64,000 bases of DNA from Thermoplasmata archaeon (GTDB taxonomy: Archaea; Thermoplasmatota; E2; JACPAO01; JAHFTW01), in NCBI GenBank assembly GCA_034667745.1, contig JAXDQP010000062.1, positions 958 through 64,957 on the forward strand, written 5' to 3'. Of the stretch, positions 24,477 to 34,430 are shown piece by piece. The position numbers and the translations under genes were made by a program. The notes below the pieces were generated by a model. That model ran no database searches, had not been told where the DNA came from, and was given only the letters and a program-made list of their open reading frames with translations. How positions within the stretch are numbered: the stretch's first letter is position 1; each line of letters begins with the position of its first letter.

Positions 24477-26786
24477 TTAAGCCGTTTCGGTGTGCCGACC
24501 CGTTGCCGCGCGCACGCGGCGGCCCTCCAGCTCCAGGATGCGGCGCATCTCGCTGGCCTTCGCGCCGCCGATGCCCTCGACCTCGGCGAGCTCGGCGACG
24601 GTGGCGGCGAAGACGCGGTGGGCGCTGCCGAAGTGGTCGAGCAGGCGCTGCGCCAGCACCTCGCTGACGCCCGGCAGCCCCGCGACCAGGAAGATGCGCA
24701 GGTCGTCGTCGCTCGCGGGCTTGCCGGGACGGACCGCGATCTTGCGCCCCTCGCGCTCCTGCTCGCGCTTGGCGGCGGCGTGCAGGAAGCGCGCGGTCTC
24801 GAGGCCGTCGCGGGTCTGGAGGACGGGGATGCCGTAGTCCACGCTGACGGAGGCGAGGGCGCCCAGGATGGCCTCCGGGCTGAGGTTGCGGTGGCCGTGC
24901 AGCGACTCGCCCTCCAGGATGAGGAATGGGCGCGGGTAGGCCTTGAGCTGCCGCAGCTGCTCGAAGAGGCGGCCGTCGACGAGGGACTCCACGAAGTCGG
25001 CGCAGGTCTTGCGCTCGACGGCGACGCGGTCGCTCAGGATGAAGTCCGCGACGTCCAGTTGCCGCGCCTCCAGGGCGCACCCAAGCTCGTGCAGGTGGCG
25101 GACGACCGCGCCGGACTGCTCGCGGTGGTCGAACAGCACCTTGGGGCCGGGCGGCATGGAGGCGGATGCGGGGGGGGCGTGCTGCTGGCCGAGTGTCGTC
25201 TGGCCGGTGGGGCGGGCGGGCAGCGGCGGCAGGGGCGCGATGGGGACGCGGGCGATGGTGCCCCGCAGGGAGTGCAGTTCGCGCACCATCTCCTGCTCCT
25301 TGCGGCGGGCGGACCAGTGCGCGGCCTCGTCCTGCGTGCCCTTCGTCATCAGCACGACGACGCGGCCCTCGCGCTGGCGCCCGGTGCGGCCGCGGCGCTG
25401 GATGGCCCGGATTTCGCTCGGGATGGGCTCGAAGAAGACCACGAGGTCCGTCTCGGGGATGTCGAGCCCCTCCTCCGCGACGCTGGTGGCCACCAGGACG
25501 TTGTGCCCGCCGGCGCGGAAGCGGTCGAGGGTCTCCTTCTGCTCCTTCTGGGTCATGCCGTCCTGGCCGCCGCGCTTGCCCTGCCCGACGAACAGGACGG
25601 GCTTGACGCCAGGGAGCTTGGAGAGCGCGTCCACGACGGCCTCGCAGGTGGAGCGGTAGTGCGTGAAGACGATGCAGCGCGCGGTGGGCGCCGCCTCGAT
25701 GTACTCCTTGACGAGGACGCCGGTGCGCGCCAGCTTGGGGTTCTCCGAGGTGTCGAAGCGCGCGATGTGGTACGCCTCGTTGACGCGCGGGTCCTCCGCG
25801 ATGGAGCGGCTGGCCTTCGTCGCCTTGGGGCCTTGCGCCTCGCCGCGCATCCCCTCGACGTACTCGATGAACGCGGCCGAGCCCTGCGTCTCGACCTGCT
25901 CGATGGCGTGCTGGAGCTTGAGCGCCTGCGCCTGGAGACTCATGGCTTGGAACAGGGAGGGGTCCGGGTTCGGCAACTGGCTCAGCTTGCCCTGGAGGAT
26001 GCCGGCCAACTCCAGCAGCTCGCGGCGGTTGGGCTTGCTGCCGATGGTCTTGAGGACGCCGAGCCCCTTCAGCGTCCGCACGCGCTCGGCGAGGGCCTCG
26101 TGCAGCTTGCCGCTGACCCGCGCCATCGCGGGCGGCAGGGGCAGCGTCTCCCACTCCATCTGCACCGTCTGGACGTAGGGGGCGACGTCGGCGTCGGCGG
26201 GGGTGCGGATCTCGACGAAGGGAAGCCCGAGGTTCTGGCGCACCTCGTCGATCTTGCGCACGTCGTGGCCGGGGCTCGCGGTGAGGCCGAGGCGGCGGCC
26301 CTTGGGGTGCCGGCGCTGCAGCTCCTGGCCGATGAAGGCATACGGATAGTCGCCGACAGCGCGGTGGGCCTCGTCGAACACCACCCAGTCGAGCGCGGCG
26401 AGGTCGAGGCGGCCGCCCACGAGGTCGTTCTGCACGACCTGGGGCGTGGCGCACACGAGCCCCTCGTCCCTGTAGGCCGCGGCGCGCCTGTCGGGTGACT
26501 GGGTGCCGGTGAGGCCGTGCACGCGGCCGGCCCACGGCTCGGCCAGGACGGAGGCGAAGAACCGTTGGTGCTGCTCGACCAGGGGCCGCGTCGGGGCAAG
26601 CAGGAGCACGCGCTTGGCGCCGGCCTGGAGCGCGTCGGCGATGGCCAGCAGCGCGACGATGGTCTTGCCCATCCCCGTCGGCAGCACGACGAGCGTGTCG
26701 CCTTTCTGCGCGATGCGGGCCAGGTTCGCCTGGTAGCCGCGGAACTCCACCGTCTCCGCCTTAAGGAGGGGGTGGACCACATGCAC
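24477..26786 (-). CDS. hef: Hef helicase/nuclease (SF2 helicase + XPF/ERCC4 nuclease + HhH2)
   Basis: 769 aa; helicase motifs PTGMGKT, DEAH-like VFDEAHR, C-terminal ERCC4 nuclease block VAVERKTCADFV and HhH region. Confidence 0.9.
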   Translation of the reverse strand: MHVVHPLLKAETVEFRGYQANLARIAQKGDTLVVLPTGMGKTIVALLAIADALQAGAKRVLLLAPTRPLVEQHQRFFASVLAEPWAGRVHGLTGTQSPDRRAAAYRDEGLVCATPQVVQNDLVGGRLDLAALDWVVFDEAHRAVGDYPYAFIGQELQRRHPKGRRLGLTASPGHDVRKIDEVRQNLGLPFVEIRTPADADVAPYVQTVQMEWETLPLPPAMARVSGKLHEALAERVRTLKGLGVLKTIGSKPNRRELLELAGILQGKLSQLPNPDPSLFQAMSLQAQALKLQHAIEQVETQGSAAFIEYVEGMRGEAQGPKATKASRSIAEDPRVNEAYHIARFDTSENPKLARTGVLVKEYIEAAPTARCIVFTHYRSTCEAVVDALSKLPGVKPVLFVGQGKRGGQDGMTQKEQKETLDRFRAGGHNVLVATSVAEEGLDIPETDLVVFFEPIPSEIRAIQRRGRTGRQREGRVVVLMTKGTQDEAAHWSARRKEQEMVRELHSLRGTIARVPIAPLPPLPARPTGQTTLGQQHAPPASASMPPGPKVLFDHREQSGAVVRHLHELGCALEARQLDVADFILSDRVAVERKTCADFVESLVDGRLFEQLRQLKAYPRPFLILEGESLHGHRNLSPEAILGALASVSVDYGIPVLQTRDGLETARFLHAAAKREQEREGRKIAVRPGKPASDDDLRIFLVAGLPGVSEVLAQRLLDHFGSAHRVFAATVAELAEVEGIGGAKASEMRRILELEGRRVRAATGRHTETA

Positions 26787-26858
26787 GGCCGTTCCAAGAC
26801 CGGCGCCGGGATGAAGGATTCGCCTCGGGGAGAAAATGCGGCGAAACCATTCCTGGGC

Positions 26859-27854
26859 TCAGGGCTGGAGGCGGTCCAGGTTCGCCGGGTCCGGCCGCAG
26901 CCTCCCCTCCTCGATGCGGTGCACCAGCTCGACAAGCGCCTCGTTGACCGGCGCCTCCAGGCCGTGCTCCCGCGCGGTGGCGACGATGTGGCCGTTCAGG
27001 AACTCCACCTCGGTCCTCTGGCCGCGCTCCAGGCTCTGCAGGCTGCTCGACTTGTGCCGCCCCTGCCGCCGCCCGATGGCGCGCAGCATCAGGTGGCGGC
27101 CGGGGAGGGGCGTGGCGAACATCCAGGGCCGGAACCCCGCGACGGGCTCGAACCTGACGCCCGCCGCGTGGCCCGCGCGGTGGCCCTCCTCCACGATGGC
27201 GAGGAAGGCGGCGCGGGCGCGGCGGTCCTCCAGCAGCCTCGCCAGCTGCTCGCCGGCGGCCACGCCCAGGGTCGAGATGCAGCTGTTGATGAGCAGCTTG
27301 CTCCACTTGACGCCCAGCATGTTCGCGCTGACCGACACGGGCGCCGCGGGGGCCAGCAAGGTTGCCGCCGAGCGCACGGCCTGGCTTGGCGCGCCGCGCG
27401 GCCAGGGTCCCAGGATGAGGTGGCCCGCGCCGGTCTGGGCGCTCATGCCTGGGCCCAGCAGGGTCGCGGGGAGGCTGACGGTGCACTCCACGTGTCGCGC
27501 GCCGGCGATGGCGGCAAGCTTGTCGCCAAGCACGCCGTTTTGGAGTGTGACGACGGGCGCGTCGGGCCGCACCGCCGCCAGCCAGTGCCGCAGCGCGGGC
27601 GCGGCGTCGGCGCACTTGGTGGCCAGCACCAGCGCGCGGGCCTGGGCCCGGACGTCGCCGGGGTGGGCCACCGTGGGGACCGTGGCGCGCAGGACGGCGC
27701 CGCGCTCGTCCGTCGCCTCCAGCCCCGAGGCGGCGAGGTGGGCGGCGGCCTCCTCGGTGCGGCAGGCGAGCAGGGTGGGGGTGCCCGCTGCGTGCAGGCG
27801 CGCCGCCACGAGGACGCCGAGCGCGCCGGGGCCGACGACGAGCACGGGGTCCAC
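26859..27854 (-). CDS. 2-dehydropantoate 2-reductase family (ApbA/PanE-like) oxidoreductase
   Basis: 331 aa; N-terminal Rossmann VLVVGPGALG, family-typical length. Confidence 0.65.
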   Translation of the reverse strand: MDPVLVVGPGALGVLVAARLHAAGTPTLLACRTEEAAAHLAASGLEATDERGAVLRATVPTVAHPGDVRAQARALVLATKCADAAPALRHWLAAVRPDAPVVTLQNGVLGDKLAAIAGARHVECTVSLPATLLGPGMSAQTGAGHLILGPWPRGAPSQAVRSAATLLAPAAPVSVSANMLGVKWSKLLINSCISTLGVAAGEQLARLLEDRRARAAFLAIVEEGHRAGHAAGVRFEPVAGFRPWMFATPLPGRHLMLRAIGRRQGRHKSSSLQSLERGQRTEVEFLNGHIVATAREHGLEAPVNEALVELVHRIEEGRLRPDPANLDRLQP

Positions 27855-28013
27855 GCCGCCGCAGCCCGCGCGCGGGGGAAAAGGGCGCCGACCCGCGTCG
27901 ACCCCCCCTTGATTTCACTTCGAACGGTCAAGTAGGGGAGGCCAGTCCGACGGTCGTTGACGGTCGTTTCACCCCTCCCGGGCCAAGGATTCTCCCCCCA
28001 GGACGGCATCTAG

Positions 28014-30128
28014 ATGCAGCCGATGGCCCCCGTCCAGCTCACCGTCCAGGACGCCCAGCTCGCGGCGAAGTGGGACTCGTTCCTGCAGGACTACACGAAG
28101 TCCCAGATCCAGCAGGCGGCGCTCGACTTCCCGGAGACCCGCAGCGTCACGGTCGCCTTCAACGACATCCAGCTGCGCGACCCCGACCTCGCCAACTACC
28201 TCCTGCACAAGCCCACCCAGTCCCTCCGCCTCGGCGCCCAGGTCCTGCACCAAGTGGACGTCACCGTGGACCCGCGGCCCAAGCTGCACCTGCGCATCAA
28301 CGGCCTGCCGGACTCGCAGCGCATCATCCCGCGCAACCTGCGGGCCGAGCACCTGGGGAAGTTCCTCGCCGTCGAGGGGCTCGTCAAGAAGGTCACCGAG
28401 GTGCGCCCCACCGTGCAGGAGGCGGTCTTCGAGTGCAAGGTGTGCACCACCCAGGTCCGCATCCTCCAGGACGACGAATTCCTCCAGGAGCCGGTCCTCT
28501 GCGAGACCTGTGACGCGCAGCGGCCGTGGCGCTTCGTCGAGGAGGACAGCCGCTACCTGGACCACCAAAAAGTCGAGATCCAGGAGGCGCCCGAGGGATT
28601 GCGCGGCGGCAGCCAGCCCGAGCGCCTCACCATCCACCTCACCGACGATTTGGTGCACAAGGTCGCGCCCGGCGACCGCATCCGCATCAACGGCATCCTC
28701 ACGACGCAGGCGCGCCGCCAGGGCAGCCAGAAGCGCGTCGAGTTCAACAAGATCCTGAACGGCGTCAGCATCGAGGTGCAGCAGCAGGAGTTTAGCGAGG
28801 TGCAGTACACCGCCGAGGAGGAGGACGAAATCTGCACCCTCGGCGAGGACCCGCGCATCTACGACCGCCTGCGCGCCAGCTTCGCCCCGACCATCTACGG
28901 CCTCGACGTGGAGAAGGACGCGCTCATCCTGAGCCTGTTCGGCGGCGTCGAGAAGACCTACAAGGACGGCAGCCGCAGCCGTGGCGACATCCACGTCCTC
29001 CTGGTCGGCGACCCCGGTGTCGCCAAGTCGCAGCTCCTTCGCTACCTCTCCAAGCTCGCCCCGCGCGCCATCTTCACGAGCGGCAAGGGCGCGAGCGCGG
29101 CCGGCCTCACCGCCGCCGCCGTGAAGGACGAGTTCGGCGAGGGCCAGTGGACCCTGGAGGCCGGCGCGCTCGTTCTGGCCGACAAGGGCATCGCCTGCAT
29201 CGACGAACTGGACAAGATGGACAAGAACGACCAGTCTTCGATGCACCAGGCGATGGAGCAGCAGGAAATCTCCATCGCGAAGGCCGGCATCTCGGCCACC
29301 CTGAAGTCGCGCTGCGCGGTCATCGGCGCCGCGAACCCCAAGCTGGGCCGCTTCGACGAGTTCACCCCCATCCACGAGCAGATCAACATGCCGCCGGCCC
29401 TCCTGAGCCGCTTCGACCTCATCTTCAGCCTGCTCGACAAGCCCGGCCGCGACAAGGACAGCCAGCTCGCGGGGCATCTCCTGAAGACCCACCAGGCGGG
29501 CGAGGTGCGCGAGCACCGCATGGCCCACCCCGGCGGCGCCTACACGATGGAGGACGAGGAGCGGCTGATGCAGCGCGTCAAGCCGGACCTCAGCGCGGAG
29601 CTGCTGCGCAAGTACGTCGCCTACGCCAAGCGCAACGTCTTCCCCGTCCTCTCGGAGGAGGCGCTCGAGACCATCAAGCAGTACTACGTCAACCTCCGCA
29701 ACAGCGGCGACGGCAGCATCCCCTTCACCGCCCGCCAGCTCGAGGCGTTCGTGCGCCTCGCCGAGGCAAGCGCCCGCATCCGCCTCAGCCAGGAGGCCGG
29801 CCTGGAGGATGCCCAGCGCGCCATCCGCATCGTCGAGTCCTACCTGCGCAGCGTCGGCGTGGACCGCGAGACCGGCAAGTTCGACATCGACGTCATCGCC
29901 ACCGGCGTCAGCCACAGCCAGCACGACCGCATGCGCATCCTCCTGGACGTCGTGCGGACCCTGGCCAAGAACGACAAGGGCTACGCGGCGGAGGACGACA
30001 TCGTGCGCGAGGCGAGCAAGCAGGGCATCGCGCCCGACCTGGCCCGCAAGAGCCTGGAGACGATGCACCGCAACGGCACCATCTTCGCGAAGGGCGGCGC
30101 CGGCAAGTACGCTCCCCTCAGCAACTGA
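28014..30128 (+). CDS. mcm: minichromosome maintenance (MCM) replicative helicase
   Basis: 704 aa; Walker A DPGVAKSQ, Walker B CIDELDKM, arginine finger SRFDL, zinc motif C..C..C..C in the N-terminal domain. Confidence 0.95.
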   Translation: MQPMAPVQLTVQDAQLAAKWDSFLQDYTKSQIQQAALDFPETRSVTVAFNDIQLRDPDLANYLLHKPTQSLRLGAQVLHQVDVTVDPRPKLHLRINGLPDSQRIIPRNLRAEHLGKFLAVEGLVKKVTEVRPTVQEAVFECKVCTTQVRILQDDEFLQEPVLCETCDAQRPWRFVEEDSRYLDHQKVEIQEAPEGLRGGSQPERLTIHLTDDLVHKVAPGDRIRINGILTTQARRQGSQKRVEFNKILNGVSIEVQQQEFSEVQYTAEEEDEICTLGEDPRIYDRLRASFAPTIYGLDVEKDALILSLFGGVEKTYKDGSRSRGDIHVLLVGDPGVAKSQLLRYLSKLAPRAIFTSGKGASAAGLTAAAVKDEFGEGQWTLEAGALVLADKGIACIDELDKMDKNDQSSMHQAMEQQEISIAKAGISATLKSRCAVIGAANPKLGRFDEFTPIHEQINMPPALLSRFDLIFSLLDKPGRDKDSQLAGHLLKTHQAGEVREHRMAHPGGAYTMEDEERLMQRVKPDLSAELLRKYVAYAKRNVFPVLSEEALETIKQYYVNLRNSGDGSIPFTARQLEAFVRLAEASARIRLSQEAGLEDAQRAIRIVESYLRSVGVDRETGKFDIDVIATGVSHSQHDRMRILLDVVRTLAKNDKGYAAEDDIVREASKQGIAPDLARKSLETMHRNGTIFAKGGAGKYAPLSN

Positions 30129-30137
30129 CCAGTCTGA

Positions 30138-30242
30138 ACAGGGATTTCGGGGATTCCGGGGACCTTCGGTCATCCCTGTGCGATGTAAATAGGGAATTCA
30201 GTGGTTCCAGGAAACTCTCCCCGGAATCCCCGAAATCCCTGT
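30138..30242. repeat. MITE-like palindromic element, type B (copy B1, 105 bp), perfect 25-bp inverted repeats ACAGGGATTTCGGGGATTCCGGGGA
   Basis: Arms at 30138-30162 and 30218-30242 are exact reverse complements; 10 nt after MCM stop. Confidence 0.85.
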
Positions 30243-30318
30243 CCGGCTGGGGGGAGGGACCCGGCCTCATCCCTCCCCGTTATGTAGGGGTCCCTCGTAG
30301 GAAAAACCGAAGGAAACC

Positions 30319-30621
30319 GTGTTCGCCGTCAAGAACTACCAGCAAGGGCTCCAGCGCCTCCTGGCCGCGTGCGACGAGGAGCTTCTCGGCACCCGCCACA
30401 GCGAGGGCAAGTTCCGGCTGGACGTGGCGCCGAACTTCTACGACGGCATGCGCGTGGGGGCGCCCGAGCTGGGCCACTACCTGAAGTCCTGCACCGTGGC
30501 GAACCTGGTGGGGCCGCGCACCGTCGGCGTCGCGGTCGAGCTGGGCCTCGTGGACCCCGGCAACGTCCTCACCGTGGGGGGCGTCCCGCACGCGCAGGTG
30601 CTGGTGATGGACCTCTCATGA
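30319..30621 (+). CDS. hypothetical protein, 100 aa, co-transcribed with NMD3
   Basis: ATG ORF whose stop overlaps the NMD3 start (ATGA). Confidence 0.4.
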   Translation: MFAVKNYQQGLQRLLAACDEELLGTRHSEGKFRLDVAPNFYDGMRVGAPELGHYLKSCTVANLVGPRTVGVAVELGLVDPGNVLTVGGVPHAQVLVMDLS

Positions 30622-31679
30622 TGCAGACCTGCGTGGAGTGCGGCGCCCAGGTGCCCAAGCTCATCGGCGGCTGCTGCCCGGACTGCTTCGTCAAGAAGGA
30701 GGCCCTCCTGATGGTCCCCGAGGTGCTGGACGTGGAGCTGTGCGCGCACTGCGACGCCCGCCACGTCGGCGCCCACTGGTTCGACCCCGACGAGGGCGTG
30801 CCGCTGTCGCACATCCGCGAGGAGGCCCTGCGGGGCTCCGTGCGGGTGCATCCCCTGGTGCGCAGCGCCGACGTGGAGATCGTGGAGCGGGTGCAGGACG
30901 AGCGCAACTTCCAGCACACCGTCCGCCTCGCGGGCGACGTCGAGGGCGTGCCCGTCCACGGCGAGTCGAAGGCCCTGGTGCGGATGCGCAAGAGCGTCTG
31001 CGACCGCTGCAGCCGCATGTTCGGCGGCTACTACGCGGCCATCATCCAGCTGCGCGGCAACCAGCGCGACGCGCGCCCCGAGGAGATCAAGCGGGCGCAC
31101 AAGGTCATCGGCGACGAGATGGACCGCCTGCGCGCCTCCGGCAACCGGCAGGCGTTCCTCACCAAGTCCGGCCCCGTCCCGGGCGGCTTCGACTACTACA
31201 TCGGCGACATCGAGGCGGCGCGCATCATCTCCAAGCTCATCGCCTCCCGCCTCTTCGCCACCGTGCAGGAGACGGCCAAGCTGGCGGGCCGCAAGGAGGG
31301 CGAGGACATCTACCGCGTCACCTTCCTGGTCCGCATCGCCCTCTACTCGACCGGCGACTTCGCCCGGCGCGGCGCCGAGGGCCTCGTGCAGGTGCTCCAG
31401 ATCGACAAGGGCAAGGTCCTGGTCTACGACATGGGCACCCACCGCCGCGACAAGGTCCCGGAGGAGGAGTTGCGCCGCCTGGGCGGCCCGGAGCTCCTGA
31501 AGGAGGCCGTCCTGGTGAGCCAGGACTCGGGAAACCTGCAGGTCTTGGACCCGGTGTCCCTCCATACCGTGGACCTGCCCCGGCCAGAAGGCTACGTGGC
31601 CGATGGAGCCACAATTTGGGTGCTTCGGCACGAGGAACGGCTGTTCGTTCCCCCGGTCCTGCCTGCACACCTGAAATGA
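30618..31679 (+). CDS. NMD3 family protein (ribosomal large-subunit export/biogenesis factor homolog)
   Basis: N-terminal double zinc ribbon CVECG..CCPDC..CAHCD and later CDRC; family length ~350 aa; upstream in-frame extension from 30369 rejected. Confidence 0.75.
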   Translation: MMQTCVECGAQVPKLIGGCCPDCFVKKEALLMVPEVLDVELCAHCDARHVGAHWFDPDEGVPLSHIREEALRGSVRVHPLVRSADVEIVERVQDERNFQHTVRLAGDVEGVPVHGESKALVRMRKSVCDRCSRMFGGYYAAIIQLRGNQRDARPEEIKRAHKVIGDEMDRLRASGNRQAFLTKSGPVPGGFDYYIGDIEAARIISKLIASRLFATVQETAKLAGRKEGEDIYRVTFLVRIALYSTGDFARRGAEGLVQVLQIDKGKVLVYDMGTHRRDKVPEEELRRLGGPELLKEAVLVSQDSGNLQVLDPVSLHTVDLPRPEGYVADGATIWVLRHEERLFVPPVLPAHLK

Positions 31680-31730
31680 TTTATATAGGTCTGGCAGCAA
31701 ACCAAGCTCGTCCCTGGGAGTCCGCCGCTT

Positions 31731-32120
31731 TTGACCCAACGAATCCTGACCCTCGAAGACTTGGCAATGGCTGTCTCCAACCGAATCGGCATCGACGAGG
31801 AGGACGCCATGCGCGACGCGAACTTCGTGATGGACATCTTCGGCTTCGACGACCGCGTCATCGACAACGTCCTGGAGCCCGAGGACCGCCAGCTCTTCTA
31901 CATCCTCGAGGAGGAGGGCATGCTCACCACCGAGCGCGAGGAGACCACCCTCTACGACGGCCGCGAGTGGCGCACCCACTACTGGCTGTTCAAGAAGAAC
32001 CAGGTCTTCCTCATGTCGGAGGAGGAGCGCGAGGTCCGCCGCCGCAAGAAGGCGCAGCCGACCGAGGCCACCGTCTACACCCAGATCCCTGACGAGATGT
32101 GGGCCAGCCGGCAAATCTGA
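31731..32120 (+). CDS. conserved hypothetical acidic protein, 129 aa
   Basis: ATG ORF; unknown function. Confidence 0.4.
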   Translation: MTQRILTLEDLAMAVSNRIGIDEEDAMRDANFVMDIFGFDDRVIDNVLEPEDRQLFYILEEEGMLTTEREETTLYDGREWRTHYWLFKKNQVFLMSEEEREVRRRKKAQPTEATVYTQIPDEMWASRQI

Positions 32121-32193
32121 GCCCGCGCCCGCGCTCCCACTTTCACCCCTCTCCCCAACATCCCTTTTTCGCTCCAATCCCTGCCGGGTCCCG

Positions 32194-34176
32194 GTGCGAC
32201 TTCCCTACGCCCCCCGGCCCGGCCAGGAGGAGATGGGCGCCGCCATCGAGGCCGCCCAGAAGGAGGGCATGCACCTCCTGGTGGAGGCGGGCACCGGCAC
32301 CGGCAAGACCATCATCGCCCTCAGCGCCACGCTCGCCACGACGGACCGCGACGCCCGTCGCCTCGTCTACGCCACCCGCACCAACAGCCAGCAGAGCCAG
32401 GTCGTGGCCGAGCACAGCGCCCTCCAGGACGCCGGCCAGGCGCCCGGCCTTCTCATCCCCTTCATGGGCCGGCGCCAGTACTGCCCGCTGCTGCGGCTCA
32501 AGGACGAGTTCAAGGACGGCACCCCCGAGGAGCTGGGCCGCCTCTGCCGCGACGCCAAGCGCAAGGCGCTCCAGCAGCACGAGACCGGCAAGCCCGTCGA
32601 CGGCCACTGCCCCTTCTACCTCAAGCTGCTCCAGGACGGCCCCGACCCCGTCGAGGCGCTCCTCTCGGAGGGCGGCCTGGACGGCGGCCGGCTGGCGGCG
32701 CGCATCGAGCAGGCGGGCTCCTGCCCCTACGAGGCCCTCAAGCTCCTGATGCCCAAGGCGCGCACCGTCGTCGTGCCCTACATCTTCCTCCTCGACGACC
32801 GCCTGCGCGGCACGCTCTTCGAGTGGATGGGGACCAGCGCAACCGAGTGCCACCTCATCGTCGACGAGGCGCACAACCTCCCCGACGCGGCGCGCAGCCA
32901 CCACAGCCCGAAGCTCACCCGGGGCACGCTGCAGAGGGCGCAGAAGGAGGCCGAGGAGTACGGCGACCCGCAACTGGCCAAGCTGACCCTCACGACCAGC
33001 GTCCTCGACGCCCTGCTCGGCGCCCTGCACGACCTCGCGGACGAGCACGTGCGCGACGGCGAGGACGGCCTCGTCCCCCCCGACGGCCTCGACGAGGCCC
33101 TGATGCGCCGCCTGCGCCTGCCGACCCCCGCCATCCAGCGCATCGCCACCGACCTGGAGCGCTGGGGCGAGACCATCCGCGAGGACCGCCGCGCCAAGGG
33201 CCGCCTGCCCCGCAGCCACCTCGGCGCCATCGGCGCGTTCCTGAGCTTCTGGATGGCCAGCCGCGACGAGCCCTACGTCCAGCTCGTGGCGGGCGGCGAC
33301 AACCCCAGCCTGGAGATGTTCCTGCTCGACCCCGCCGCCGTCCTCGGCTGGCTCGGCGAGTTCCACAGCACGACCCACATGAGCGGCACCCTCGCCCCGC
33401 TGGAGGACCACCGCACCCTCTGCGGCCTCGACGCCGCGGGCACCACGCAGAAGGTGCTGCCCAGCGCGTTCCCCGCCGGCAACCTGCGCATCTACGGCCT
33501 CGAGGGGGTGCACCGCCGCTTCGAGGCCATCCAGCGCGACCCCGGCCTCGTGGCGCGGCAGCAGGAGGTCGCCCGCGAGGCGCTGCGCCGCTGCCCCGGC
33601 CGCACGGCCCTCTTCTTCCCGAGCCACCAGATGCTGCACGACTACCTCGAGGAGGGGTTCCTGCACGGCACCGGGCGCCAGCTCCACGTCGAGGAGCCGG
33701 AGGCCAGCACCGCCGACCTCGTCCGCCTCGTCGGCCGCTTCAAGGAGGACCCGTCGGGCAAGGCGCTGCTGCTCGGCGTCCTGGGGGGCCGCCTGTCCGA
33801 GGGCATGGACTTCCCGGGCAAGGCGATGGAGCACCTGCTCATCTTCGGCATCCCCTACCCGCGGCCGTCGGCGCGCGGCCAGGCGCTCATCCACCACTAT
33901 GACCGCAAGGCCGGCAACGGCTGGCAGGTCGCCGTCCACAACCCGGTCGGGCGGACGCTGCGGCAGGCCGTCGGGCGCCTGATTCGCGGCCCTGACGACA
34001 CCGGGACGGCCATTGTCCTTGACGACCGCGTCGTGCGGTTCCACGCCCACCTGAAGGGGCTGCGGATGGTCGCGGAGGTCGGGCAGATGGAGCCGCCGGG
34101 GGCCTCTTCCGATGCCGGCGATTCCTACCGCACCGCCGACACCCTCGCCAGGAAGGCCCCTCCTGGAGTGACATAA
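32194..34176 (+). CDS. xpd: XPD/Rad3-family 5'-3' DNA helicase with Fe-S cluster domain
   Basis: GTG start; Walker A EAGTGTGKT, DEAH box VDEAHNL, four Cys (YCPLL, CRDAK, CPFY, CPYEAL). Confidence 0.9.
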   Translation: MRLPYAPRPGQEEMGAAIEAAQKEGMHLLVEAGTGTGKTIIALSATLATTDRDARRLVYATRTNSQQSQVVAEHSALQDAGQAPGLLIPFMGRRQYCPLLRLKDEFKDGTPEELGRLCRDAKRKALQQHETGKPVDGHCPFYLKLLQDGPDPVEALLSEGGLDGGRLAARIEQAGSCPYEALKLLMPKARTVVVPYIFLLDDRLRGTLFEWMGTSATECHLIVDEAHNLPDAARSHHSPKLTRGTLQRAQKEAEEYGDPQLAKLTLTTSVLDALLGALHDLADEHVRDGEDGLVPPDGLDEALMRRLRLPTPAIQRIATDLERWGETIREDRRAKGRLPRSHLGAIGAFLSFWMASRDEPYVQLVAGGDNPSLEMFLLDPAAVLGWLGEFHSTTHMSGTLAPLEDHRTLCGLDAAGTTQKVLPSAFPAGNLRIYGLEGVHRRFEAIQRDPGLVARQQEVAREALRRCPGRTALFFPSHQMLHDYLEEGFLHGTGRQLHVEEPEASTADLVRLVGRFKEDPSGKALLLGVLGGRLSEGMDFPGKAMEHLLIFGIPYPRPSARGQALIHHYDRKAGNGWQVAVHNPVGRTLRQAVGRLIRGPDDTGTAIVLDDRVVRFHAHLKGLRMVAEVGQMEPPGASSDAGDSYRTADTLARKAPPGVT

Positions 34177-34284
34177 AAGACAACCCCTTTATATGCACGA
34201 GAAATGGAGGTCAATACGGAAGCGGTGTGCTGGAACTTTTGAGTGCATCCCATCCCCTCCTCGTGAGGCCAGTGCCCCTTCCTC

Positions 34285-34320
34285 GGTGAGTGTGCCGGCG
34301 TCAAACCCGGCACACTCACC
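34285..34320. terminator. perfect 14-bp stem hairpin GGTGAGTGTGCCGG-(8 nt)-CCGGCACACTCACC followed by T-rich tract on + strand; candidate terminator for xpd, possibly bidirectional with pyrI
   Basis: Read directly; followed by TTAATTCTCTCTCGCAATTTTCT. Confidence 0.5.
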
Positions 34321-34430
34321 GTTAATTCTCTCTCGCAATTTTCTAAGCGTCGCTACGCAACTTTCTGAACGAGGTCCGCAGGACACAGGCGCCTCGCCGA
34401 AGGGCTGCATCCAAGTGCGGGACGCACCCG

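Noticed and set aside
24172-26535. 787-aa minus-strand ORF
   Set aside because: Alternative frame of hef. Only its last ~82 codons (24172-24420) form a real small gene, whose N-terminal methionine and compact sequence are convincing; the remainder is Arg/Pro/Gly junk.
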